In this document: positions 55,936 through 64,000 of the stretch, piece by piece | Layout of the letters: each line of letters begins with the position of its first letter | Position numbering within the stretch: the stretch's first letter is position 1 | IMG/VR virus record: IMGVR_UViG_3300007734_000751 | Span: 8,556-72,555 of that record | From: a virus | DNA length: 64,000 nucleotides | Strand: one strand, 5' to 3' | Made by a program: the position numbers and the translations under genes | Notes under the pieces: model-generated | What the model was told of the DNA's origin: nothing | Seen by the model: the letters and a program-made list of their open reading frames with translations, nothing else | The model's database searches: none

Positions 55936-58322
55936 ATTTCGTTGACTTTCTTAAAAGCCTTTCATTCGATGGTGAGACAGCGCTTTTTACTAAACAGATA
56001 TTAAAGAAACGTAACGGTGAGGTGCATTACTTCCCCGACGGAACGCCGGAGTCTACTTACCCTGCGTTTTTGCCGGAGCAAGTGCGTATCAAGGACGGCG
56101 ACTCTTGGTATGGTAACACGGGCTGCTACATCAAAGAGCGTTTCGTTGACGGTAAAGTAAGCGCATCAGCCGCTAACTGCGACTACGTTCTTGTTATGAT
56201 GTTAGACGACATCGGATCATTGAAAGATTATGGTCAGTTAATCATACCGCCGCTTGAACCGACATGGAAGATGGAGACGTCTGAAGGGTCTATTCAGTGG
56301 GGATATGCGTTTGATCCAGACAATCAACCAACAACAGGTGAATTTAGCGCAGCGATCAACGCCATAGCTGATGCGCTTTACACTGACAAAGGCGCAGTCA
56401 ATCCAGTTCGTAACTTTCGTCTGCCAGGTAGCGTTAATTTAAAACGCGGGCGTAACAACTTTGCAGCTAAATTACTTGAGTTTCATCCAGACCGTTTGTT
56501 CACGCTTGAACAGATTTGCACCGCACTTAACGTAACGCCAGGTGATGCGAACACAACGCGCAGCCAACATATCCGCATCAAAGATACAGGCAATGATAAC
56601 ATCACCGCTTGGTTGAACGATAATGATTATATTCTGTCTAGCATTAACGGCGAAGGCTGGCGCAGCGTTGTTTGTCCTAACCATGAAGAACACAGTGAAG
56701 GTATTGAAGGACGCTATCACGCTGCAACGCGATCTTATTTTTGTTTTCACGGTCATTGCAGAGACAAGATCGACAGCAATTATTTTTTGAAATGGGTTGC
56801 TGACAATGGTGGGCCAACTGAAAAGCAAGGGCTGCGTAGCGAGCTTATATCAGAGCTTGGTCAAAAGATGCGCGCGAACAGCGAGCCTAACGATATATTC
56901 CCAGATGATGCAAAGGCGCGTCAAGCTGATGCAGATCGGCGCACTGAGGTTATAGAAGATCGCGCGGGTTGGTTTGATGAGTGGGCTTATGTTGTAACTG
57001 ATGATGGTTATTTTAATAAGGTGACGCGGCGTGAGGTGTCGCGGCCTTCGTTTAACGCCATCTACCGTGGGACTAAGTGCATCTCAGTTCACACGGGGCG
57101 CAAAGTTGAGGCAGCTACTTTTTATGATGAAAACAGACAAGCCAAAGGAGCAGAGATTGTCGATGAGATCACTTACGCATCGGGTGAGGACGCGACGATT
57201 ACGCGCGATGGTCTTGTCTATGGCAATAAATGGCTTGAAGCGCGGCCAGCTATCGTTCCGTCAACCGCGAGTATAGACCGCTGGCACAAGCATTGTGAGC
57301 TGCTTGTCCCTGAGACTGGCGAGCGTGAACACATTTTTGATATGATGGCGTTCAAGCTGCAAAAACCTAAAGTCAAAATAAACCATGCGGTCTTACACGG
57401 TGGCGATGAAGGCGCTGGTAAGGATCTTATGTGGGCACCGTTTATCTGGAGTATATGCGGCCCGTTCCATCGTAACTATGGCTTGATAAAGAACGAGCTA
57501 ATCAACAATCAGTGGGGCTATCTTTTAGAAAGCGAGATCGTTGTCCTTAACGAGTTGAAAGAAGGCGAGGCCGTTGAACGCCGTGCATTGGCTAACCAAC
57601 TCAAACCGCTTATCGCTGCGCCGCCGGATCTGATCTCGATCAATCGTAAAGGTATGCACCCGTATTACATGCTCAACCGTTTATTCGTTCTAGCGTTTAC
57701 GAATCATCGGCTACCGATCACGCTTGAGTCTACCGACCGTCGCTGGTTCTGCGTCTGGTCTACTGCGCCGCGTATGCACCCACGCGATGGCGCGGCTATG
57801 GCTGCATGGTATCAGCGTGAGGGCTTCAACGCTATCGCTCAGTGGTTACACGACCGCGACGTGTCTAAGTTCAATCCAGGCATGATGCCGCCGCTGACCG
57901 ATTATAAAGCATCGCTGATCGAAAGCGGCATGTCGCTGGCTGAGAGTTACATCTTAGACGCGATAAGAAACAAAGAGCCGCCATTTGATCGTGAAGTTAT
58001 TGGCAGTCCGTTCCATAAGATCTGTCAAGAGTTAGCCGTATCAACTAAAGCGCCAGCTACTAAAATGAAGATACCGCCAGCGGCGCTGTTCCAAGCGCTT
58101 AAGGAAGCGGGCTGGATTGACTGTGGGTCTGTGGCAACGCCGGAGCATCAAACTAAAAAGCACATATTCTGCGCGCCGCATATGTTGGTCGAGCACAAGA
58201 AACCTAAACTTAGGGATATGTTAGCAAACACGGTGAAGTTCGATGAGAAGCCTAAAGATGATGAGAAGCCTAAAGACGATAATGTTGTGCCTATCACTAA
58301 GTCTAAGCCTAAGTGGGTGTGA
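55932..58322 (+). CDS. AEP primase-DUF5906 helicase
   Basis: MLDDIG, RLPGSVN, GDEGAGKD, DRRWF; start at ATGA overlap. Confidence 0.85.
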   Translation: MNFVDFLKSLSFDGETALFTKQILKKRNGEVHYFPDGTPESTYPAFLPEQVRIKDGDSWYGNTGCYIKERFVDGKVSASAANCDYVLVMMLDDIGSLKDYGQLIIPPLEPTWKMETSEGSIQWGYAFDPDNQPTTGEFSAAINAIADALYTDKGAVNPVRNFRLPGSVNLKRGRNNFAAKLLEFHPDRLFTLEQICTALNVTPGDANTTRSQHIRIKDTGNDNITAWLNDNDYILSSINGEGWRSVVCPNHEEHSEGIEGRYHAATRSYFCFHGHCRDKIDSNYFLKWVADNGGPTEKQGLRSELISELGQKMRANSEPNDIFPDDAKARQADADRRTEVIEDRAGWFDEWAYVVTDDGYFNKVTRREVSRPSFNAIYRGTKCISVHTGRKVEAATFYDENRQAKGAEIVDEITYASGEDATITRDGLVYGNKWLEARPAIVPSTASIDRWHKHCELLVPETGEREHIFDMMAFKLQKPKVKINHAVLHGGDEGAGKDLMWAPFIWSICGPFHRNYGLIKNELINNQWGYLLESEIVVLNELKEGEAVERRALANQLKPLIAAPPDLISINRKGMHPYYMLNRLFVLAFTNHRLPITLESTDRRWFCVWSTAPRMHPRDGAAMAAWYQREGFNAIAQWLHDRDVSKFNPGMMPPLTDYKASLIESGMSLAESYILDAIRNKEPPFDREVIGSPFHKICQELAVSTKAPATKMKIPPAALFQALKEAGWIDCGSVATPEHQTKKHIFCAPHMLVEHKKPKLRDMLANTVKFDEKPKDDEKPKDDNVVPITKSKPKWV

Positions 58323-58399
58323 ACTGACTAAAATTGTCTATCACACCTGCAAAGAGGGGCTATGCCGTTGACATTTATGGCAAACGGTAGGATCATGGT

Positions 58400-58435
58400 C
58401 TGACCCTTTGGAGGGTTAGCTTATGATTTTCTTTG
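58400..58435 (+). terminator. Hairpin / terminator after primase
   Basis: CTGACCCT-TTGG-AGGGTTAG then T-rich sequence. Confidence 0.45.
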
Positions 58436-58642
58436 CATTACTCCAAGAATTCTTGTTTTTGTTGTTTCGTCCGCACCAACCAGCGCCTCTTCGAGCGCCA
58501 AGCGAAGGCGGTTGCTTTCGTCAACGGCGGCGCTGATCGTCCATTGTGAGCGTTGCCTAGCTTCCTCGTATCCTTTAAGATAGGCCGAACTAACCTCTTG
58601 CTGTAACGCCTTCAAGCGGCGTTCGTATTCGGAATCGGTCAT
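58421..58642 (-). CDS. Coiled-coil hypothetical protein
   Basis: MTDSEYERRL...AYLKGYEEA; start uncertain. Confidence 0.45.
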   Translation of the reverse strand: MTDSEYERRLKALQQEVSSAYLKGYEEARQRSQWTISAAVDESNRLRLALEEALVGADETTKTRILGVMQRKS

Positions 58643-59030
58643 GCCGGACACTCTTAATAGAAACGCTATGGCGGCATTGGCCGACGAAAGCATCTTTGAC
58701 AAGATCAAACGGTTTCAGTCCGACATGCGCGCCATCAACTGGGGCGAGATGCCTGACGAATACGCGCGCGCTATACCAGAAAATCCTAATTATGGCTATC
58801 TGGTTGATACTCAGAATTACATGAGAGAGGCGCTGATGCCCTATTTGGAGCGGTTTGGTCTGGCTATACCTGACACGCGACAAGGTGCGCCAGCGGACTA
58901 TTACAACCCCGTTATGAGGGCTGGCGAAGCGTCGGATTTTTTTACGCCGCCACTTAACTCGCCTAACTTCAGCGTCAATTACATGACAAATGCGCCGCGC
59001 TTGTTTGGTAGGGGCTTGATCGGTAAATAA
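58641..59030 (+). CDS. Hypothetical Pro/Met-rich protein (moron-like)
   Basis: Syntenic with 20961; YNPVMRA resembles FNPMRA; terminator downstream. Confidence 0.55.
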   Translation: MPDTLNRNAMAALADESIFDKIKRFQSDMRAINWGEMPDEYARAIPENPNYGYLVDTQNYMREALMPYLERFGLAIPDTRQGAPADYYNPVMRAGEASDFFTPPLNSPNFSVNYMTNAPRLFGRGLIGK

Positions 59031-59140
59031 AAATAACCCCACGCCGTTAGGCATGGGGCCAAGTCTAGGGGAGGTCAACACGTCCCTCTTAGTAACATAT
59101 GCCTAGGCCATCGTATAGCAGGGCCGGATCGACTAGCTGA
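59029..59140 (-). ncRNA. Putative small RNA with CCUCCCC anti-SD segment and terminator
   Basis: Non-coding gap syntenic with 21409-21483; CCCCATGCC-TAAC-GGCGTGGGG-TTATTTTT terminator. Confidence 0.35.
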
Positions 59141-59173
59141 TATGTATACATTCATTTGATCCCTAACAAGACT

Positions 59174-59500
59174 TCAATCAACACTGTTACTAGCACCGTC
59201 AGCGCGCTTTGCTCTTTTGTATTGTTTGCCATCTAACCTAGCCTCCCAACATCTAACACCGTGGATAACGGTTGTATGATCCCGCTTGAATATGCGCGCT
59301 AGTTTTAGATAGCTCGCGTCTGTTTCTTGTCGTGCGCGATACATCGCCTTATGACGCGCGCTGACGTATTTAGGTTTCTTTTTGTGCGCGATGATGTCTG
59401 ACGGAAAAACCTTAAACTCATCGGCCACCTCTGCGATTATGTCGCGAATAAACAACTCTTGCTCTCTTTCTGTTAGATCATCCCACCATGCGGAGCGCAT
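59174..59500 (-). CDS. DnaA domain IV-like HTH protein
   Basis: ARHKAMY...LARIFKRDHTTVIHG. Confidence 0.75.
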   Translation of the reverse strand: MRSAWWDDLTEREQELFIRDIIAEVADEFKVFPSDIIAHKKKPKYVSARHKAMYRARQETDASYLKLARIFKRDHTTVIHGVRCWEARLDGKQYKRAKRADGASNSVD

Positions 59501-59714
59501 CTTGCAAGCTCACTTTCTCTTTTATTGTTTTCATGCGCGCCGCCACACTCGCTGGCAGTTGCCCCGTTATGTCGCCAATTTGTTTGTTTGTTAATCCTAG
59601 CTTGCGTAAGTCCCATATATTCTGCTCATAGGGCGTTAGCGCGCTAGGGTCTTTTAGCTGTCTTTGTGCGCCTGGTTTCAGCATTTTTGTCTCTCTCGTT
59701 CTATCTTTATCCAA
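59478..59714 (-). CDS. LuxR/GerE-like HTH protein
   Basis: KPGA...LKDPS.LTP.E shared with 20698..20898. Confidence 0.65.
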   Translation of the reverse strand: MDKDRTRETKMLKPGAQRQLKDPSALTPYEQNIWDLRKLGLTNKQIGDITGQLPASVAARMKTIKEKVSLQDALRMVG

Positions 59715-59863
59715 TCGTCATTTTTCAATGCAGATTTTAAATCTTCGTGTTTCATATATGTTGCGACTAACGCTTCGATTTGCCCCTCTAGCTCGTAACA
59801 TCGGTTTATTAAATCAAGGGTGCGCTTTTTCTCGCGCCTATAGCGTTTCTTTAGATTTTTCAT
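59678..59863 (-). CDS. Hypothetical protein
   Basis: ATGA-coupled ORF. Confidence 0.5.
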   Translation of the reverse strand: MKNLKKRYRREKKRTLDLINRCYELEGQIEALVATYMKHEDLKSALKNDDWIKIERERQKC

Positions 59864-60000
59864 TGCCGCGCCCCTATCTCGCCTTCTATTAATTGTCGCT
59901 TGTAATCATCACATTCGTATTCCAACATGACGCGCAAAGCGTCAGTATCGAGTCGATACAACATTTGCAGAAATTCGTAATAATCTTTCATTTTAGACAT
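59860..60000 (-). CDS. Hypothetical protein
   Basis: LYRL...LIEGEI.AR shared with 22412..22543; start reassigned to MSKMK. Confidence 0.55.
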   Translation of the reverse strand: MSKMKDYYEFLQMLYRLDTDALRVMLEYECDDYKRQLIEGEIGARQ

Positions 60001-60002
60001 GA

Positions 60003-60548
60003 TTAACCCCATTGTTCGGCCATAGCATCGGCTATGCCTTGGTATGTTTTTGATCTTTCTTTCCATCGGTCAGGGCTTGGCGGCATCTTGTGGATGCGCG
60101 CCTCGCGGCCATCAACGATGTTAGTCGGTTTTAACTTTGGCAAGTTTTTTAGCCATAGACAGGTAGCTTTAGTCTCGCCATGCCCAAACTGCCAAGGCTG
60201 TATAATCTGATCCGGTTTTCTTATTTTTGAACTGATAACGCTTATAGGGTTTTCTATAGCGATCCTTTCTATTGGCGCGGCCATCAGCGCCTGCACAAAT
60301 GCCAGCGCCTCCGCTTGTTCCTGTTGTTTGTCTTTAAACCATCGCGCGCCGCTAACTGCCAGATGAGTGCAGGGCGGATGCGCGATCATCATGTCCCAAC
60401 CATCGGCAAGGATGTCCCGCACGTCGCCTTGATAATGCACTCCGTCAGTCTCAGGCAATAGCAGGTCACAAGACACGGCATTATGCCCGCGCCGCGCAAA
60501 AGCGTCCCGCACTGTCCCGCTAAATTCACAAGCGATTAAAACATTCAT
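60003..60548 (-). CDS. Short C5 cytosine DNA methyltransferase-like protein
   Basis: IACEFSG (motif I variant), AHPPC (IV), IENP (VI); only 181 aa. Confidence 0.7.
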   Translation of the reverse strand: MNVLIACEFSGTVRDAFARRGHNAVSCDLLLPETDGVHYQGDVRDILADGWDMMIAHPPCTHLAVSGARWFKDKQQEQAEALAFVQALMAAPIERIAIENPISVISSKIRKPDQIIQPWQFGHGETKATCLWLKNLPKLKPTNIVDGREARIHKMPPSPDRWKERSKTYQGIADAMAEQWG

Positions 60549-60856
60549 TAGTAGTCCCTATCTGCCTTGTTGTCATCGTCATCTATGCAAGACTGTAACA
60601 AGTGCTCATCATCAATGAGCGCGTCATAGATCATTTTATACAGCCAATGATCTTGGCTGATGTTGAGCGCTGGCACGTCTTTCTTGTTACTGTTTAAGAC
60701 GATGGCCGTTATGTCTACGTCGTCAATATACGGCTCGAATATGCCAACATCTGGCTCGGCAGGCGAAACGTGATAGTCTACGTCTACTTCGCCTGCTACC
60801 ATGACGGAATAGTTTTTAATGATTTCTAATTCATCGAAAGAGTATGTGAACTTCAT
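60548..60856 (-). CDS. Acidic hypothetical protein
   Basis: Homologue of 22640. Confidence 0.7.
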   Translation of the reverse strand: MKFTYSFDELEIIKNYSVMVAGEVDVDYHVSPAEPDVGIFEPYIDDVDITAIVLNSNKKDVPALNISQDHWLYKMIYDALIDDEHLLQSCIDDDDNKADRDY

Positions 60857-61035
60857 TTGTAATTTTCCCCATCGTTAAAGAAAGCGTCGGCGCGACGCTC
60901 CCATTCGTTGTCTAGTTCTTCCTGTAGTGTCTCGCGCGCGTCGATCATATGCCACGGCAAGGGCGCGGGCTGGCTATCAATCCATGCGATTATTGCGTCG
61001 ATTGTTTCTATGTTGAGAGAGACTGTCAGCATCAT
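60853..61035 (-). CDS. Hypothetical protein
   Basis: QPAPLPWH; homologue of 22965. Confidence 0.65.
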   Translation of the reverse strand: MMLTVSLNIETIDAIIAWIDSQPAPLPWHMIDARETLQEELDNEWERRADAFFNDGENYK

Positions 61036-61310
61036 GCAGCCCTCTCAACGTAGTTTTCGATGATATGGCGCGCAATCTCTGTCCAGTTAACGTCAGACAG
61101 AAACGCCATTGCATAGTCAAAAGCCAGATTAGGCGTAACGTCTACGCAGCCTGACGATATTGTTTCTTCTGCTATCTCTTTTAAAGTTAATCCTAAATGA
61201 TAAGCGTCAACACTACTGTCATGGTTGAGATCATAAGGATCACATCCATCGAATAACTCTAAATTGACGCGCCAAGTGGCGTAATTTGTCCAGCCATTAT
61301 ACTTTTCCAT
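61032..61310 (-). CDS. Conserved phage protein with YNGWTNYATW...VNW.EIA motifs
   Basis: Motif recognition; AGGAG RBS. Confidence 0.7.
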   Translation of the reverse strand: MEKYNGWTNYATWRVNLELFDGCDPYDLNHDSSVDAYHLGLTLKEIAEETISSGCVDVTPNLAFDYAMAFLSDVNWTEIARHIIENYVERAA

Positions 61311-61320
61311 TGTCTTGTCT

Positions 61321-61646
61321 CCTATGTTGATTTGTTACACGTTAGCCGTAATAAATAGGACAGTGCAGCAGCCGTATGGTCGAAAGTCTATCATATCTCC
61401 ATAACTTTCAGTTTTACCGCGCAAGCCCGTGATGCCCACGGCTGCTTTGGCTTTCTTCATTAACTCGCGTTGATAGATCTTGTTAGCTTTGCAATAGTTT
61501 GTTCCTCCGTCGTAACCGTAGTGCGTTAACTCCGGCATGGTTATGGTTGCGCGTCGCACCCATGAATAGTTAGATTCGCCGCCAAAGGTGTCTGTGTATT
61601 CTACGTCATATTGCATGATCTTTACCCCTATGTTGATTTGTTACAC
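61321..61646. repeat. Perfect 20-bp direct repeat CCTATGTTGATTTGTTACAC (61321-61340, 61627-61646); variant at 62233-62250
   Basis: Read directly from sequence. Confidence 0.9.
61335..61616 (-). CDS. Hypothetical protein (TDTFGGESNYSWVRR)
   Basis: ORF flanked by the 20-bp repeats. Confidence 0.65.
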   Translation of the reverse strand: MQYDVEYTDTFGGESNYSWVRRATITMPELTHYGYDGGTNYCKANKIYQRELMKKAKAAVGITGLRGKTESYGDMIDFRPYGCCTVLFITANV

Positions 61647-61970
61647 TTACCGCGCGCGCAATAGGCGCTTTACTCTTTTATAGCTGCTAGGCGTTATATT
61701 TTCAGGCGGGTGGATAGCTCTATATTCTATTATCCCCGTCGCATAATCAATGCGCCCGCTTCCTGTTTCTGTAAACCAGCGCCCGCTATCCTCATCAGGT
61801 TGCGCTAAGTCCAGCGCCTCACGTAACGACATAGTGTAAACGCCGTCTTTATCGGCCATAGCATCATCAATTGGCACCTGCCATTCGCCAGGCAACACAA
61901 AGCCGGTTTCATCATTGTCGCCGTGTTCGGCGCTCTCAGGTGATATTGTCTCATAGGTAACTGTGAACAT
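61647..61970 (-). CDS. Hypothetical protein (VTYE..PESAEHGD)
   Basis: AGGGGG RBS; ends exactly at the repeat. Confidence 0.65.
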   Translation of the reverse strand: MFTVTYETISPESAEHGDNDETGFVLPGEWQVPIDDAMADKDGVYTMSLREALDLAQPDEDSGRWFTETGSGRIDYATGIIEYRAIHPPENITPSSYKRVKRLLRAR

Positions 61971-61982
61971 AATAACCCCCTA

Positions 61983-62081
61983 TCAGTATACAAAGTAAAG
62001 CGTTGCCAGCGCCATCAGTGGCACAAACAGCGTGGCAGCTATCGTGAATACTATCGTCTCGATTATCTGCATGGTTCTCAT
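61983..62081 (-). CDS. 32-aa membrane peptide, not in ORF track
   Basis: GGAGG RBS; MRTMQIIETIVFTIAATLFVPLMALATLYFVY. Confidence 0.5.
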   Translation of the reverse strand: MRTMQIIETIVFTIAATLFVPLMALATLYFVY

Positions 62082-62084
62082 GTC

Positions 62085-62222
62085 TCAGCCCTCCAAAAAT
62101 ACTGGTTCAACACCCCAGGCCCAAGTGGCGCTGGCGGTAATTAAAGAGCACTCGCTATTTTTAAGCGCCGCATAAATGGCGGCCATTACATTGTTAGCTT
62201 GAACGTGGCGATCTTGTTGCAT
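62085..62222 (-). CDS. 45-aa first early gene, not in ORF track
   Basis: AGGAGG RBS just downstream of promoter. Confidence 0.55.
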   Translation of the reverse strand: MQQDRHVQANNVMAAIYAALKNSECSLITASATWAWGVEPVFLEG

Positions 62223-62247
62223 TGTGCTACCTCCTGTTGATTCGTTA

Positions 62248-62276
62248 CATATAGCGCGTTGGGGATAAGTTGTAAA
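62248..62276 (-). promoter_or_regulatory. Main leftward early promoter B
   Basis: TTTACA-17-TATATG. Confidence 0.6.
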
Positions 62277-62309
62277 GACTTTTGTTGCAATTATGTTGAT
62301 AAGTGTGAA

Positions 62310-62760
62310 TTTAGGGTAAATGAAAAGTGAAGGAAATTGCCCTAAACGGGTAGTGATAGGGCGATTTAGGGCGGTTTGACGGGGCGGCGTATCCTTTTGT
62401 AATTGCTAGTTAATTGTCTGTTTTAGGGTAATTAGGGTAATCAATAAAAGTTTATCTTAAATCTTATATAATAGTCTATATAATTGGTATATTAGTAATT
62501 GTATTACTATAGGCCGTGCCGCCGAAAACGATTGCCCTAATTACCCTAAAATCGCCAATGTGCAGGCGTTATCAATGCGTTATGTGCGGTTGTATAAACC
62601 GCCCTAACAATACCCAATAAGGTAATTGTTGCGATATTTTAGGGTAATTGGGCGTTTAGCAGCCCTAGCCGCCCCGCCGATGCAAACTTGCAAACTTCCC
62701 CAGGGAATTCCCCGTGATGCGGTTGCGACTCAAAAAGCAATTGCCCTAATTGCCCTAAAC
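62310..62760. repeat. Putative replication origin B: TTAGGGYAA/TTRCCCTAA iterons around an AT-rich core
   Basis: TTAGGGTAA at 62311, 62423, 62432, 62639; AT-rich 62441-62510; TTRCCCTAA at 62337, 62532, 62541, 62741, 62750. Confidence 0.7.
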
Positions 62761-62906
62761 TTTGTTTATGTAAACTTGAATGTCTACTTAGTTTATGTAA
62801 ACTGTATTGTAGACAGGGGGGCTGGGCCGAAGGGATGGTGGGAATATCTACGCAGGGTTTGCACAAACTTTTTTATTTTTTATTTTTGTGTGCTATAAAT
62901 CCTTTT

Positions 62907-63452
62907 ATGGCTTTCTATGCAGATGGTGGCTTTAGTTCCATCCCCCATGAGCCGCGCGAGGTTCGGGCAACTGAGGCGCGGCTAGAGAAAATATATGAAG
63001 CGGCCAAACGTGGCTTGAAGGGCGACGCGCTGGCGTTAGCTTGCGACATGCTGCCGACTGAATATCGGCGCTTAATTCAGCTCGACCCGATTGCGGAATA
63101 CGCGGAAATCAAAGGACGCGCTGAAGGCGAGATGGAAATGGCTGACGTGTTGCGTCGGGCAGCTATGGCTGGCGACACTAAGGCGGCGCTAGATGTCTTG
63201 AAGCATGTCCACAACTGGGTCGCCAAACAAGCTATGAGCGTTGAGGTCAACCAGACCATATCTATTACGGCGGCGCTGCAAGAGGCGCAGCAAAGAGTCA
63301 TCGAAGGGCAAATCATAGATGCAAACGACGGTATATTCGCCGGAGGAAGAACAGCGCTTAATGGCGACGCTGTGGAACCCCGCGCTGAAGAACGACCCGC
63401 TGGCCTTCGTGAGACTAGCCTTCCCGTGGGGGAAACCGAATACGCCACTTGA
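62907..63452 (+). CDS. terS: Terminase small subunit
   Basis: Homologue of 25795. Confidence 0.7.
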   Translation: MAFYADGGFSSIPHEPREVRATEARLEKIYEAAKRGLKGDALALACDMLPTEYRRLIQLDPIAEYAEIKGRAEGEMEMADVLRRAAMAGDTKAALDVLKHVHNWVAKQAMSVEVNQTISITAALQEAQQRVIEGQIIDANDGIFAGGRTALNGDAVEPRAEERPAGLRETSLPVGETEYAT

Positions 63453-64000
63453 ACATTTCGAAGGCCCGCGCAAATGGCAGCGCGAGGTGTTGGTTGAACT
63501 GCGCGATCACATCCACGCGAACAACGGACGCATAGACTTCGAGACATTACGGCTGGCCGTGTCATCTGGGCGCGGAATCGGTAAGTCCGCCCTCGTAAGC
63601 TGGCTCACAATCTGGATGCTGACCACGCGAATAGGTTCGACGACCATCGTGTCGGCTAACTCGGAAGCGCAGCTACGCTCCGTCACCTGGGCTGAGATAA
63701 CAAAGTGGTTGAGCATGGCGATTCACAGCCATTGGTTCGAGGTATCCGCAACGCGGGTGCTACCGGCCAAGTGGATCGCGGAGTTGGTCGAACGTGATCT
63801 AAAGATGGGAACGCGCTATTGGGGCGTAGAAGGGCGGTTGTGGAGTGCGGAGAATCCTGACGCATACGCTGGTGTGCACAACTTCGCGGGTGTCATGCTG
63901 GTATTCGATGAGGCGAGCGGAATTGATGATTCTATCTGGTCAGTTGCAGCGGGCTTTTTTACGGAAAATACCCCTAATCGCTTTTGGTTGTGCTTCAGCA
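63319..64000 (+). CDS. terL: Terminase large subunit, truncated by window end
   Basis: Near-identical to the 5' part of 26186..27712. Confidence 0.9.
   Translation, partial: MQTTVYSPEEEQRLMATLWNPALKNDPLAFVRLAFPWGKPNTPLEHFEGPRKWQREVLVELRDHIHANNGRIDFETLRLAVSSGRGIGKSALVSWLTIWMLTTRIGSTTIVSANSEAQLRSVTWAEITKWLSMAIHSHWFEVSATRVLPAKWIAELVERDLKMGTRYWGVEGRLWSAENPDAYAGVHNFAGVMLVFDEASGIDDSIWSVAAGFFTENTPNRFWLCFS

Larger units (their letters stand above)
1..64000. mobile_element. Tandem, non-identical units of a ~37.5 kb P22-like (short-tailed) phage genome with an APSE-like replication module
   Basis: Gene order repeats with an offset of ~37.1-37.6 kb (coat end 290 vs 37932; terL start 26186 vs 63319); no host genes. 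Confidence 0.95.

Noticed and set aside
58242-58280. 18-bp tandem duplication (DEKPKD x2) at the primase C-terminus
   Set aside because: Real, but probably slippage in a disordered tail; no sign of function
61321-61646. 20-bp repeats as a CRISPR array or attL/attR
   Set aside because: Only two perfect copies, separated by a whole gene; no integrase; the repeat matches the transcript leader
62310-62760. TTAGGG as telomeric repeats or eukaryotic contamination
   Set aside because: The period is 9 bp, both orientations occur, and the layout mirrors the non-TTAGGG repeats in variant A
1-64000. Integrated prophage, tRNA or rRNA genes
   Set aside because: No host genes, integrase or recognisable tRNA/rRNA seen by eye; tRNAscan-SE was not run

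Overview
The window is entirely phage DNA, with no host genes, integrase or att sites seen. It holds about 1.7 head-to-tail units of a ~37.1-37.6 kb podovirus-like genome. The units are related but clearly different phages (variant A about 1-26 kb, variant B about 38-64 kb; the head module at 26-38 kb is seen only once). Each unit has P22-like morphogenesis genes (terS/terL, portal, scaffold, coat, gp4/gp10-like tail hub, collar-domain fibre, three ejection proteins), a lysis cassette (GH108 endolysin, holin, overlapping spanins), an APSE-like replication module (SNF2 helicase, VRR-NUC, DUF2800 nuclease, SSB-like protein, family A polymerase, AEP primase-helicase) and a variable leftward early region. 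Comparing the two units by eye gave the main signals. (1) The origin-like region keeps its architecture but uses different 9-bp iterons (ATGGTCATT vs TTAGGGTAA), alongside divergent primase-helicases. (2) A syntenic promoter-terminator unit encodes an anti-Shine-Dalgarno small RNA, with an exact CCUCCUCCC cuckoo-type loop in A. (3) The C-terminal peptide of one ejection protein and the N-terminal domain of the next are swapped together. (4) Early genes are bounded by copies of the promoter/leader sequence. (5) A conserved island of unknown genes sits inside an otherwise divergent replication module. All family assignments come from motif recognition, not database searches. The tandem arrangement may be an assembly or concatenation artefact.
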